This document shows positions 52,201-64,000 of a DNA stretch of 64,000 nucleotides, in pieces. The translations under genes and the position numbers were made by a program. Origin of the DNA: the human T2T-CHM13v2.0 reference genome, Homo sapiens; the NCBI RefSeq assembly GCF_009914755.1, contig NC_060929.1. The stretch is one strand, 5' to 3'. Positions within the stretch are counted from its first letter, which is position 1, and the number at the start of each line of letters is the position of its first letter. The notes beneath the pieces are model-generated. The model searched no databases. It saw only the letters and a list, made by a program, of their open reading frames with translations, and was not told where the DNA came from.

Positions 52201-55200
52201 TGAAACACTCTTTTTGTGGAATTTGCAAGTGGAGATTTCAAGCGCTTTGAGGCCAAAGGCAGAAAAGGAAATATCTTCGTATAAAAACTAGATAGATCAT
52301 TCTCAGAAACTGCTTTGTGATGTGTGCGTTCAACTCACAGAGTTTCACTTATCTTTTCGTACAGCAGCTTGGAAACACTCTGTTTGTAATGTCTGCAAGT
52401 GGATATTTTGACCTCTTTTAGGTCTTCGTTGGAAACGGGTTTTATTCATGTAAGGCTAGACAGAAGAATTCTCAGTAACTTCTTTGTATTGTGTGTATTC
52501 CACTGACAGAGTTGACCCTTCCTTTAGACAGAGCACATTTGAACCACTCTTTTTGTGGAATTTGCAAGTGGAGATTTCAGACGCATTGAGGTCAATGGTA
52601 CAAAAGGAAATATCTTCGTATAAAAACTAGACAGAATGATTCTCAGAACCTGCTTCGTGATGTGTGTGTTCAGTTCAAAGAGTTTTACCTTTCTTTTCAT
52701 AGAGCAGTTAGGAAACACTCTGTTTGAACAGTCTGAAAGTGGATATTCCGATCTCTTTGAGGCCTTTGTTGGAAAAGGGATTTCTTCATATAATGCTAGA
52801 CAGAGGAATTCTCAGTAACTTCTCTGTGTTGTGTGTATTCAAATCACAGAGTTGAACGTTCCTTTAGACAGAGCAGACTTGAAACACTCTTTTTGTGGAA
52901 TTTGCAATAGGAAATTTCAAGCGCTTTGAGGCCAAAGGCAGAAGAGGAAATATCTTCGTATAAAAACAAGTCAGAATCATTCTCAGAAACTGCTTAATCA
53001 TGTGTGCGTTCGACTCACGGAGTTTAACCTACCTTTTCATACAGCAGTTTGGAAACACTCTGTTTGTAAAGTCTGCACGTGGATATTTGGACATCTTTGA
53101 GGCCTTCATTGGAAACGGGTTTTATTCATGTAAGGCTAGACAGAAGATTTCTCAGTAACTTCTTTGTGTTGTGTGTATTCAACTGACAGAGTTGACCCTT
53201 CTTTTAGGTAGAGCAGATTTGAGACACTCTTTTTGTGGAATTTGCAAGTGGAGATTTCAGACGCTTTGAGGTCAATGGTAGAAAAGGACATTTCTTCGTA
53301 TAAAAACTTGACAGAATGATTCTCAGAAACTGCTTTGTGATGTATGCGTTCAATTCAAAGAGTTCTACCTTTCTTTTCATAGAGCACTTAGGAAACACTC
53401 TGTTTGTAAAGACTGCAAGTGGATATTCGGACCTCTATGAGGCCTTCTTTGGAAAAGGGATTTCTTCATATAATGCTAGACAGAGGAATTCTTCGTAACT
53501 TCTTTGTATTGTGTGTATTCAACTCACAGAGTTGAACCTTCTTTTAGATAGAGCAGATTTGAAACACACTTTCTGTGGAATTTCCAATTGGAGATTTCAA
53601 GCGCTTCAGGGCCAATGGTAGAAAAGGAAAAATCTTCACATAAAAACTAGACAAAATCATTCCCAGAAACTGTGTAGTGATGTGTATGTTTAACTCACAG
53701 AGTTTATCCTTTCTTTTCATAGAGCAGTTGGGAAACACTCTGTTTGAAAAGTCTGCATGTGGATATTTGGACCGCCATGAGGCGTTCTTTGGAAATGGTA
53801 TTTCTTCATTTAAGGCTACACAGAAGAATTCTCAGTAACTTCCTCGTGTTGTGTGTATTCAGCTCACAGAGTTGAACCTTCTTTTAGATAGAGCAGATTT
53901 GAAAGACACTTTTTGGGGAATTTGCAAGTGGGGATTTCAAGCGCTTTGAGGCCAACGGTAGAAAAGGAAATATCTTCGAATAAAAAGTAGACAGAATCAT
54001 TCCCAGAAACTGCGTTTTGATGTGTGCGTTCACCTAACAGAGTTTAACCTTCCTTTTCATAGAGCAGTTGGGAAACGCTATGTTTGTAAAGTCTGCAAGT
54101 GGATATTGGGAACTCTTTGAGGCCTTCATTGGGAATGGGGTTTCTTCATATAATGCTAGACAGAAGATTTCCCAGTAACTTCTTCCTGTTGTGTGTATTC
54201 AACTGACAACAGATGAACCTTCCTTTAGAGAGAGCAGATTTGAAACACTCTTTTTGTGGAATTTGCAAGTGGAGATTTCAGCCGCTTTAACGTCAATGGT
54301 AGAAAAGGAAATATCTTCGCATAAAAGCAAGACAGAATCATTTTCAGAAACTGCTTTGTGATGTGTGCATTCAACTCACAGAGTTTAACCTTTGTTTTCC
54401 TAGAGCCGTTTGGAAACACACAGTTTGTCAAATCTGTAAGTCGATATTCGGACCTATTTGAGGCCTTCGTTGGAAACGGGATTTCTTCATATAATGCTAG
54501 AAAGAAGAATTCTCAGTAACTTCCTTGTGTTGTGTGTAATCAACACACAGAATAGAACGTTCCTTTAGATAGAGCAGATTTGAAACACTCTTTTTGTGGA
54601 AGTTGCACGTGGAGATTTCAAGCGCTTTGTGACCAGTGGTAGAAAATGAAATATCTTCGTATAAAAAGTACACAGAATCATTCTCAGAAACTACTTTCTG
54701 ATGTGTGCGTTCAACTCTCGGAGTTTAAACTTTCTTTTCATAGAGCAGTTTGGAAACAGTGTGTTTGTAAAGTCTGCAAGTGGATATTCGGACCTCTTTG
54801 GCGCCTTATTTTGAAACGGGGTTTCTCCATATAATGCTAGACAGAAGACTTCTCAGTAACTTGTTTGTGTTGTGTGTGTTCAACTCACAGAGTTGAACCT
54901 TCCTTTAGACAGAGCAGATTTGAAACACTCTTTTTGTGGAATTTGCAAGTGGAGATTTCAAGTGCTTTGAGGCCAAAGGCAGAAAAGGAAATATCTTCGT
55001 ATAAAAACTAGATAGATCATTCTCAGAAACTGCTTTGTGATGTGTGCGTTCAACCCACAGAGTTTCACTTATCTTTTCGTACAGCAGCTTGGAAACACTA
55101 TGTTTGTAATGTCTGCAAGTGGATATTTTGACCTCTTTTAGGTCTTCGTTGGAAACGGGTTTTATTCATGTAAGGCTAGACAGAAGAATTCTCAGTAACT

Positions 55201-58200
55201 TCTTTGTATTGTGTGTATTCCACTGACAGAGTTGACCCTTCCTTTAGACAGAGCACATTTGAACCACTCTTTTTGTGGAATTTGCAAGTGGAGATTTCAG
55301 ACGCATTGAGGTCAATGGTAGAAAAGGAAATATCTTCGTATAAAAACTAGACAGAATGATTCTCAGAACCTGCTTCGTGATGTGTGTGTTCAGTTCAAAG
55401 AGTTTTACCTTTCTTTTCATAGAGCAGTTAGGAAACACTCTGTTTGAACAGTCTGAAAGTGGATATTCCGATCTCTTTGAGGCCTTTGTTGGAAAAGGGA
55501 TTTCTTCATATAATGCTAGACAGAGGAATTCTCAGTAACTTCTCTGTGTTGTGTGTATTCAAATCACAGAGTTGAACGTTCCTTTAGACAGAGCAGACTT
55601 GAAACACTCTTTTTGTGGAATTTGCAATAGGAAATTTCAAGCGCTTTGAGGCCAAAGGCAGAAGAGGAAATATCTTCGTATAAAAACAAGTCAGAATCAT
55701 TCTCAGAAACTGCTTAATCATGTGTGCGTTCGACTCACGGAGTTTAACCTACCTTTTCATACAGCAGTTTGGAAACACTCTGTTTGTAAAGTCTGCACGT
55801 GGATATTTGGACATCTTTGAGGCCTTCGTTGGAAACGGGTTTTATTCATGTAAGGCTAGACAGAAGATTTCTCAGTAACTTCTTTGTGTTGTGTGTATTC
55901 AACTGACAGAGTTGACCCTTCTTTTAGGTAGAGCAGATTTGAGACACTCTTTTTGTGGAATTTGCAAGTGGAGATTTCAGACGCTTTGAGGTCAATGGTA
56001 GAAAAGGACATTTCTTCGTATAAAAACTTGACAGAATGATTCTCAGAAACTGCTTTGTGATGTATGCGTTCAATTCAAAGAGTTCTACCTTTCTTTTCAT
56101 AGAGCACTTAGGAAACACTCTGTTTGTAAAGACTGCAAGTGGATATTCGGACCTCTATGAGGCCTTCTTTGGAAAAGGGATTTCTTCATATAATGCTAGA
56201 CAGAGGAATTCTTCGTAACTTCTTTGTATTGTGTGTATTCAACTCACAGAGTTGAACCTTCTTTTAGATAGAGCAGATTTGAAACACACTTTCTGTGGAA
56301 TTTCCAATTGGAGATTTCAAGTGCTTCGGGGCCAATGGTAGAAAAGGTAAAATCTTCACATAAAAACTAGACAAACTCATTCCCAGAAACTGTGTAGTGA
56401 TGTGTATGTTTAACTCACAGAGTTTATCCTTTCTTTTCATAGAGCAGTTGGGAAACACTCTGTTTGAAAAGTCTGCATGTGGATATTTGGACCGCCATGA
56501 GGCGTTCTTTGGAAATGGTATTTCTTCATTTAAGGCTACACAGAAGAAGTCTCAGTAACTTCCTTGTGTTGTGTGTATTCAGCTCACAGAGTTGAACCTT
56601 CTTTTAGATAGAGCAGATTTGAAAGACACTTTTTGGGGAATTTGCAAGTGGGGATTTCAAGCGCTTTGAGGCCAACGGTAGAAAAGGAAATATCTTCGAA
56701 TAAAAAGTAGACAGAATCATTCCCAGAAACTGCGTTTTGATGTGTGCGTTCACCTAACAGAGTTTAACCTTCCTTTTCATAGAGCAGTTGGGAAACGCTA
56801 TGTTTGTAAAGTCTGCAAGTGGATATTGGGAACTCTTTGAGGCCTTCATTGGGAATGGGGTTTCTTCATATAATGCTAGACAGAAGATTTCCCAGTAACT
56901 TCTTCCTGTTGTGTGTATTCAACTGACAACAGATGAACCTTCCTTTAGAGAGAGCAGATTTGAAACACTCTTTTTGTGGAAGTTGCAAGTGGAGATTTCA
57001 GCCGCTTTAACGTCAATGGTAGAAAAGGAAATATCTTCGCATAAAAACAAGACAGAATCATTTTCAGAAACTGCTTTGTGATGTGTGCATTCAACTCACA
57101 GAGTTTAACCTTTGTTTTCATAGAGCCGTTTGGAAACACACAGTTTGTCAAATCTGTAAGTCGATATTCGGACCTATTTGAGGCCTTCGTTGGAAACGGG
57201 ATTTCTTCATATAATGCTAGAAAGAAGAATTCTCAGTAACTTCCTTGTGTTGTGTGTAATCAACTCACAGAATAGAACGTTCCTTTAGATAGAGCAGATT
57301 TGAAACACTCTTTTTGTGGAAGTTGCACGTGGAGATTTCAAGCGCTTTGTGACCAGTGGTAGAAAATGAAATATCTTCGTATAAAAAGTACACAGAATCA
57401 TTCTCAGAAACTACTTTCTGATGTGTGCGTTCAACTCTCGGAGTTTAAACTTTCTTTTCATAGAGCAGTTTGGAAACAGTGTGTTTGTAAAGTCTGCAAG
57501 TGGATATTCGGACCTCTTTGGCGCCTTATTTTGAAACGGGGTTTCTCCATATAATGCTACACAGAAGAATTCTCAGTAACTTGTTTGTGTTGTGTGTGTT
57601 CAACTCACAGAGTTGAACCTTCCTTTAGACAGAGCAGATTTGAAACACTCTTTTTGTGGAATTTGCAAGTGGAGATTTCAAGCGCTTTGAGGCCAAAGGC
57701 AGAAAAGGAAATATCTTCGTATAAAAACTAGATAGATCATTCTCAGAAACTGCTTTGTGATGTGTGCGTTCAACTCACAGAGTTTCACTTATCTTTTCGT
57801 ACAGCAGCTTGGAAACACTCTGTTTGTAATGTCTGCAAGTGGATATTTTGACCTCTTTTAGGTCTTCGTTGGAAACGGGTTTTATTCATGTAAGGCTAGA
57901 CAGAAGAATTCTCAGTAACTTCTTTGTATTGTGTGTATTCCACTGACAGAGTTGACCCTTCCTTTAGACAGAGCACATTTGAACCACTCTTTTTGTGGAA
58001 TTTGCAAGTGGAGATTTCAGACGCATTGAGGTCAATGGTAGAAAAGGAAATATCTTCGTATAAAAACTAGACAGAATGATTCTCAGAACCTGCTTCGTGA
58101 TGTGTGTGTTCAGTTCAAAGAGTTTTACCTTTCTTTTCATAGAGCAGTTAGGAAACACTCTGTTTGAACAGTCTGAAAGTGGATATTCCGATCTCTTTGA

Positions 58201-61200
58201 GGCCTTCGTTGGAAAAGGGATTTCTTCATATAATGCTAGACAGAGGAATTCTCAGTAACTTCTCTGTGTTGTGTGTATTCAAATCACAGAGTTGAACGTT
58301 CCTTTAGACAGAGCAGACTTGAAACACTCTTTTTGTGGAATTTGCAATAGGAAATTTCAAGCGCTTTGAGGCCAAAGGCAGAAGAGGAAATATCTTCGTA
58401 TAAAAACAAGTCAGAATCATTCTCAGAAACTGCTTAATCATGTGTGCGTTCGACTCACGGAGTTTAACCTACCTTTTCATACAGCAGTTTGGAAACACTC
58501 TGTTTGTAAAGTCTGCACGTGGATATTTGGACATCTTTGAGGCCTTCGTTGGAAACGGGTTTTATTCATGTAAGGCTAGACAGTAGATTTCTCAGTAACT
58601 TCTATGTGTTGTGTGTATTCAACTGACAGAGTTGACCCTTCTTTTAGGTAGAGCAGATTTGAGACACTCTTTTTGTGGAATTTGCAAGTGGAGATTTCAG
58701 ACGCTTTGAGGTCAATGGTAGAAAAGGACATTTCTTCATATAAAAACTTGACAGAATGATTCTCAGAAACTGCTTTGTGATGTATGCGTTCAATTCAAAG
58801 AGTTCTACCTTTCTTTTCATAGAGCACTTAGGAAACACTCTGTTTGTAAAGACTGCAAGTGGATATTCGGACCTCTATGAGGCCTTCTTTGGAAAAGGGA
58901 TTTCTTCATATAATGCTAGACAGAGGAATTCTTCGTAACTTCTTTGTATTGTGTGTATTCAACTCACAGAGTTGAACCTTCTTTTAGATAGAGCAGATTT
59001 GAAACACACTTTCTGTGGAATTTCCAATTGGAGATTTCAAGCGCTTCAGGGCCAATGGTAGAAAAGGAAAAATCTTCACATAAAAACTAGACAAAATCAT
59101 TCCCAGAAACTGTGTAGTGATGTGTATGTTTAACTCACAGAGTTTATCCTTTCTTTTCATAGAGCAGTTGGGAAACACTCTGTTTGAAAAGTCTGCATGT
59201 GGATATTTGGACCGCCATGAGGCGTTCTTTGGAAATGGTATTTCTTCATTTAAGGCTACACAGAAGAATTCTCAGTAACTTCCTCGTGTTGTGTGTATTC
59301 AGCTCACAGAGTTGAACCTTCTTTTAGATAGAGCAGATTTGAAAGACACTTTTTGGGGAATTTGCAAGTGGGGATTTCAAGCGCTTTGAGGCCAACGGTA
59401 GAAAAGGAAATATCTTCGAATAAAAAGTAGACAGAATCATTCCCAGAAACTGCGTTTTGATGTGTGCGTTCACCTAACAGAGTTTAACCTTCCTTTTCAT
59501 AGAGCAGTTGGGAAACGCTATGTTTGTAAAGTCTGCAAGTGGATATTGGGAACTCTTTGAGGCCTTCATTGGGAATGGGGTTTCTTCATATAATGCTAGA
59601 CAGAAGATTTCCCAGTAACTTCTTCCTGTTGTGTGTATTCAACTGACAACAGATGAACCTTCCTTTAGAGAGAGCAGATTTGAAACACTCTTTTTGTGGA
59701 ATTTGCAAGTGGAGATTTCAGCCGCTTTAACGTCAATGGTAGAAAAGGAAATATCTTCGCATAAAAGCAAGACAGAATCATTTTCAGAAACTGCTTTGTG
59801 ATGTGTGCATTCAACTCACAGAGTTTAACCTTTGTTTTCCTAGAGCCGTTTGGAAACACACAGTTTGTCAAATCTGTAAGTCGATATTCGGACCTATTTG
59901 AGGCCTTCGTTGGAAACGGGATTTCTTCATATAATGCTAGAAAGAAGAATTCTCAGTAACTTCCTTGTGTTGTGTGTAATCAACACACAGAATAGAACGT
60001 TCCTTTAGATAGAGCAGATTTGAAACACTCTTTTTGTGGAAGTTGCACGTGGAGATTTCAAGCGCTTTGTGACCAGTGGTAGAAAATGAAATATCTTCGT
60101 ATAAAAAGTACACAGAATCATTCTCAGAAACTACTTTCTGATGTGTGCGTTCAACTCTCGGAGTTTAAACTTTCTTTTCATAGAGCAGTTTGGAAACAGT
60201 GTGTTTGTAAAGTCTGCAAGTGGATATTCGGACCTCTTTGGCGCCTTATTTTGAAACGGGGTTTCTCCATATAATGCTAGACAGAAGACTTCTCAGTAAC
60301 TTGTTTGTGTTGTGTGTGTTCAACTCACAGAGTTGAACCTTCCTTTAGACAGAGCAGATTTGAAACACTCTTTTTGTGGAATTTGCAAGTGGAGATTTCA
60401 AGCGCTTTGAGGCCAAAGGCAGAAAAGGAAATATCTTCGTATAAAAACTAGATAGATCATTCTCAGAAACTGCTTTGTGATGTGTGCGTTCAACTCACAG
60501 AGTTTCACTTATCTTTTCGTACAGCAGCTTGGAAACACTCTGTTTGTAATGTCTGCAAGTGGATATTTTGACCTCTTTTAGGTCTTCGTTGGAAACGGGT
60601 TTTATTCATGTAAGGCTAGACAGAAGAATTCTCAGTAACTTCTTTGTATTGTGTGTATTCCACTGACAGAGTTGACCCTTCCTTTAGACAGAGCACATTT
60701 GAACCACTCTTTTTGTGGAATTTGCAAGTGGAGATTTCAGACGCATTGAGGTCAATGGTAGAAAAGGAAATATCTTCGTATAAAAACTAGACAGAATGAT
60801 TCTCAGAACCTGCTTCGTGATGTGTGTGTTCAGTTCAAAGAGTTTTACCTTTCTTTTCATAGAGCAGTTAGGAAACACTCTGTTTGAACAGTCTGAAAGT
60901 GGATATTCCGATCTCTTTGAGGCCTTCGTTGGAAAAGGGATTTCTTCATATAATGCTAGACAGAGGAATTCTCAGTAACTTCTCTGTGTTGTGTGTATTC
61001 AAATCACAGAGTTGAACGTTCCTTTAGACAGAGCAGACTTGAAACACTCTTTTTGTGGAATTTGCAATAGGAAATTTCAAGCGCTTTGAGGCCAAAGGCA
61101 GAAGAGGAAATATCTTCGTATAAAAACAAGTCAGAATCATTCTCAGAAACTGCTTAATCATGTGTGCGTTCGACTCACGGAGTTTAACCTACCTTTTCAT

Positions 61201-62218
61201 ACAGCAGTTTGGAAACACTCTGTTTGTAAAGTCTGCACGTGGATATTTGGACATCTTTGAGGCCTTCGTTGGAAACGGGTTTTATTCATGTAAGGCTAGA
61301 CAGAAGATTTCTCAGTAACTTCTTTGTGTTGTGTGTATTCAACTGACAGAGTTGACCCTTCTTTTAGGTAGAGCAGATTTGAGACACTCTTTTTGTGGAA
61401 TTTGCAAGTGGAGATTTCAGACGCTTTGAGGTCAATGGTAGAAAAGGACATTTCTTCGTATAAAAACTTGACAGAATGATTCTCAGAAACTGCTTTGTGA
61501 TGTATGCGTTCAAGTCAAAGAGTTCTACCTTTCTTTTCATAGAGCACTTAGGAAACACTCTGTTTGTAAAGACTGCAAGTGGATATTCGGACCTCTATGA
61601 GGCCTTCTTTGGAAAAGGGATTTCTTCATATAATGCTAGACAGAGGAATTCTTCGTAACTTCTTTGTATTGTGTGTATTCAACTCACAGAGTTGAACCTT
61701 CTTTTAGATAGAGCAGATTTGAAACACACTTTCTGTGGAATTTCCAATTGGAGATTTCAAGCGCTTCGGGGCCAATGGTAGAAAAGGAAAAATCTTCACA
61801 AAAAAACTAGACAAAATCATTCCCAGAAACTGTGTAGTGATGTGTATGTTTAACTCACAGAGTTTATCCTTTCTTTTCATAGAGCAGTTGGGAAACACTC
61901 TGTTTGAAAAGTCTGCATGTGGATATTTGGACCGCCATGAGGCGTTCTTTGGAAATGGTATTTCTTCATTTAAGGCTACACAGAAGAATTCTCAGTAACT
62001 TCCTTGTGTTGTGTGTATTCAGCTCACAGAGTTGAACCTTCTTTTAGATAGAGCAGATTTGAAAGACACTTTTTGGGGAATTTGCAAGTGGGGATTTCAA
62101 GCGCTTTGAGGCCAACGGTAGAAAAGGAAATATCTTCGAATAAAAAGTAGACAGAATCATTCCCAGAAACTGCGTTTTGATGTGTGCGTTCACGTAACAG
62201 AGTTTAACCTTCCTTTTC

Positions 62219-64000
62219 ATAGAGCAGTTGGGAAACGCTATGTTTGTAAAGTCTGCAAGTGGATATTGGGAACTCTTTGAGGCCTTCATTGGGAATGGGG
62301 TTTCTTCATATAATGCTAGACAGAAGATTTCCCAGTAACTTCTTCCTGTTGTGTGTATTCAACTGACAACAGATGAACCTTCCTTTAGAGAGAGCAGATT
62401 TGAAACACTCTTTTTGTGGAAGTTGCAAGTGGAGATTTCAGCCGCTTTAACGTCAATGGTAGAAAAGGAAATATCTTCGCATAAAAACAAGACAGAATCA
62501 TTTTCAGAAACTGCTTTGTGATGTGTGCATTCAACTCACAGAGTTTAACCTTTGTTTTCATAGAGCCGTTTGGAAACACACAGTTTGTCAAATCTGTAAG
62601 TCGATATTCGGACCTATTTGAGGCCTTCGTTGGAAACGGGATTTCTTCATATAATGCTAGAAAGAAGAATTCTCAGTAACTTCCTTGTGTTCTGTGTAAT
62701 CAACTCACAGAATAGAACGTTCCTTTAGATAGAGCAGATTTGAAACACTCTTTTTGTGGAAGTTGCACGTGGAGATTTCAAGCGCTTTGTGGCCAGTGGT
62801 AGAAAATGAAATATCTTCGTATAAAAAGTACACAGAATCATTCTCAGAAACTACTTTCTGATGTGTGCGTTCAACTCTCGGAGTTTAAACTTTCTTTTCA
62901 TAGAGCAGTTTGGAAACAGTGTGTTTGTAAAGTCTGCAAGTGGATATTCGGACCTCTTTAGCGCCTTATTTTGAAACGGGGTTTCTCCATATAATGCTAG
63001 ACAGAAGAATTCTCAGTAACTTGTTTGTGTTGTGTGTGTTCAACTCACAGAGTTGAACCTTCCTTTAGACAGAGCAGATTTGAAACACTCTTTTTGTGGA
63101 ATTTGCAAGTGGAGATTTCAAGCGCTTTGAGGCCAAAGGCAGAAAAGGAAATATCTTCGTATAAAAACTAGATAGATCATTCTCAGAAACTGCTTTGTGA
63201 TGTGTGCGTTCAACTCACAGAGTTTCACTTATCTTTTCGTACAGCAGTTTGGAGACACTCTGTTTGTAATGTCTGCAAGTGGATATTTTGACCTCTTTGA
63301 GGTCTTCGTTGGAAACGGGTTTTATTCATGTAAGGCTAGACAGAAGAATTCTCAGTAACTTCTTTGTATTGTGTGTATTCCACTGACAGAGTTGACCCTT
63401 CCTTTAGACAGAGCACATTTGAACCACTCTTTTTGTGGAATTTGCAAGTGGAGATTTCAGACGCATTGAGGTCAATGGTAGAAAAGGAAATATCTTCGTA
63501 TAAAAACTAGACAGAATGATTCTCAGAACCTGCTTCGTCATGTGTGTGTTCAGTTCAAAGAGTTTTACCTTTCTTTTCATAGAGCAGTTAGGAAACACTC
63601 TGTTTGAACAGTCTGAAAGTGGATATTCCGATCTCTTTGAGGCCTTTGTTGGAAAAGGGATTTCTTCATATAATGCTAGACAGAGGAATTCTCAGTAACT
63701 TCTCTGTGTTGTGTGTATTCAAATCACAGAGTTGAACGTTCCTTTAGACAGAGCAGACTTGAAACACTCTTTTTGTGGAATTTGCAATAGGAAATTTCAA
63801 GCGCTTTGAGGCCAAAGGCAGAAGAGGAAATATCTTCGTATAAAAACAAGTCAGAATCATTCTCAGAAACTGCTTAATCATGTGTGCGTTCGACTCACGG
63901 AGTTTAACCTACCTTTTCATACAGCAGTTTGGAAACACTCTGTTTGTAAAGTCTGCACGTGGATATTTGGACATCTTTGAGGCCTTCGTTGGAAACGGGT
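62219..64000 (+). repeat. Partial final HOR copy; the array continues beyond the window
   Basis: The unit-start motif is at 62219 and the sequence ends inside the unit at the third CENP-B box. Confidence 0.95.

Larger units (their letters stand above)
1..64000 (+). repeat. Alpha-satellite (alphoid) tandem array with dimeric SF1-like (J1/J2) monomers, primate centromeric/pericentromeric
   Basis: Typical alphoid motifs recur every ~170 bp (CATTCTCAGAAACT, GATGTGTGCGTTCAACTCACAGAGTT, TTTGGAAACACTC, TGCAAGTGGA), and CENP-B boxes CTTCGTTGGAAACGGG are present. Alternate monomers (GAATTCTCAGTAACTT..GTGTTGTGTGTATTCAAC versus CATTCTCAGAAACTGCTTTGTGATGTGTGCG) give a 340-bp dimer that matches my recollection of the SF1 consensus. 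Confidence 0.99.

Noticed and set aside
167-63698. Many 60-88 aa ORFs on both strands
   Set aside because: They recur with the HOR period, overlap on opposite strands, and appear or vanish with single variants. They have no recognisable domains and are chance ORFs in satellite DNA. I used them only as variant markers.
1-64000. CRISPR-like repeat/spacer array
   Set aside because: There are no unique spacers: all intervening sequence is homologous alphoid monomer. No cas genes are present.
1-64000. Embedded L1/Alu insertion or inversion
   Set aside because: The HOR phase is accounted for to the base across the window (one -340 and two net -1 shifts). No poly(A) tails, target-site duplications or reverse-strand monomers were seen.

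Overview
The whole 64 kb window is primate (human-like) centromeric alpha-satellite DNA, in one orientation and with no interruptions. About 171-bp monomers alternate in a 340-bp A/B dimer whose sequence resembles suprachromosomal family 1 (J1/J2). The dimers form a 16-monomer, 2720-bp higher-order repeat (HOR). There are 23 complete units plus a partial one, and one unit (19039-21418) is a 14-mer missing one dimer. Only 3 of the 8 potential CENP-B boxes per HOR are intact. All ORFs in the track are chance products of the repeat. I see no genes, RNA genes, transposon insertions, inversions or CRISPR array, and no evidence for a new coding system. What is of interest is the evolutionary record in the variants: (1) old tetramer and dimer duplications inside the HOR; (2) a dimer deletion whose junction maps to about 5 bp and removes a CENP-B box; (3) a more diverged left layer (to about 15.8 kb) next to a homogeneous right layer; (4) two-HOR (5440 bp) super-periods and 5-6 HOR offset duplications; (5) long-range sharing of rare variants. 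All comparisons were made by eye, so variant lists may be incomplete.
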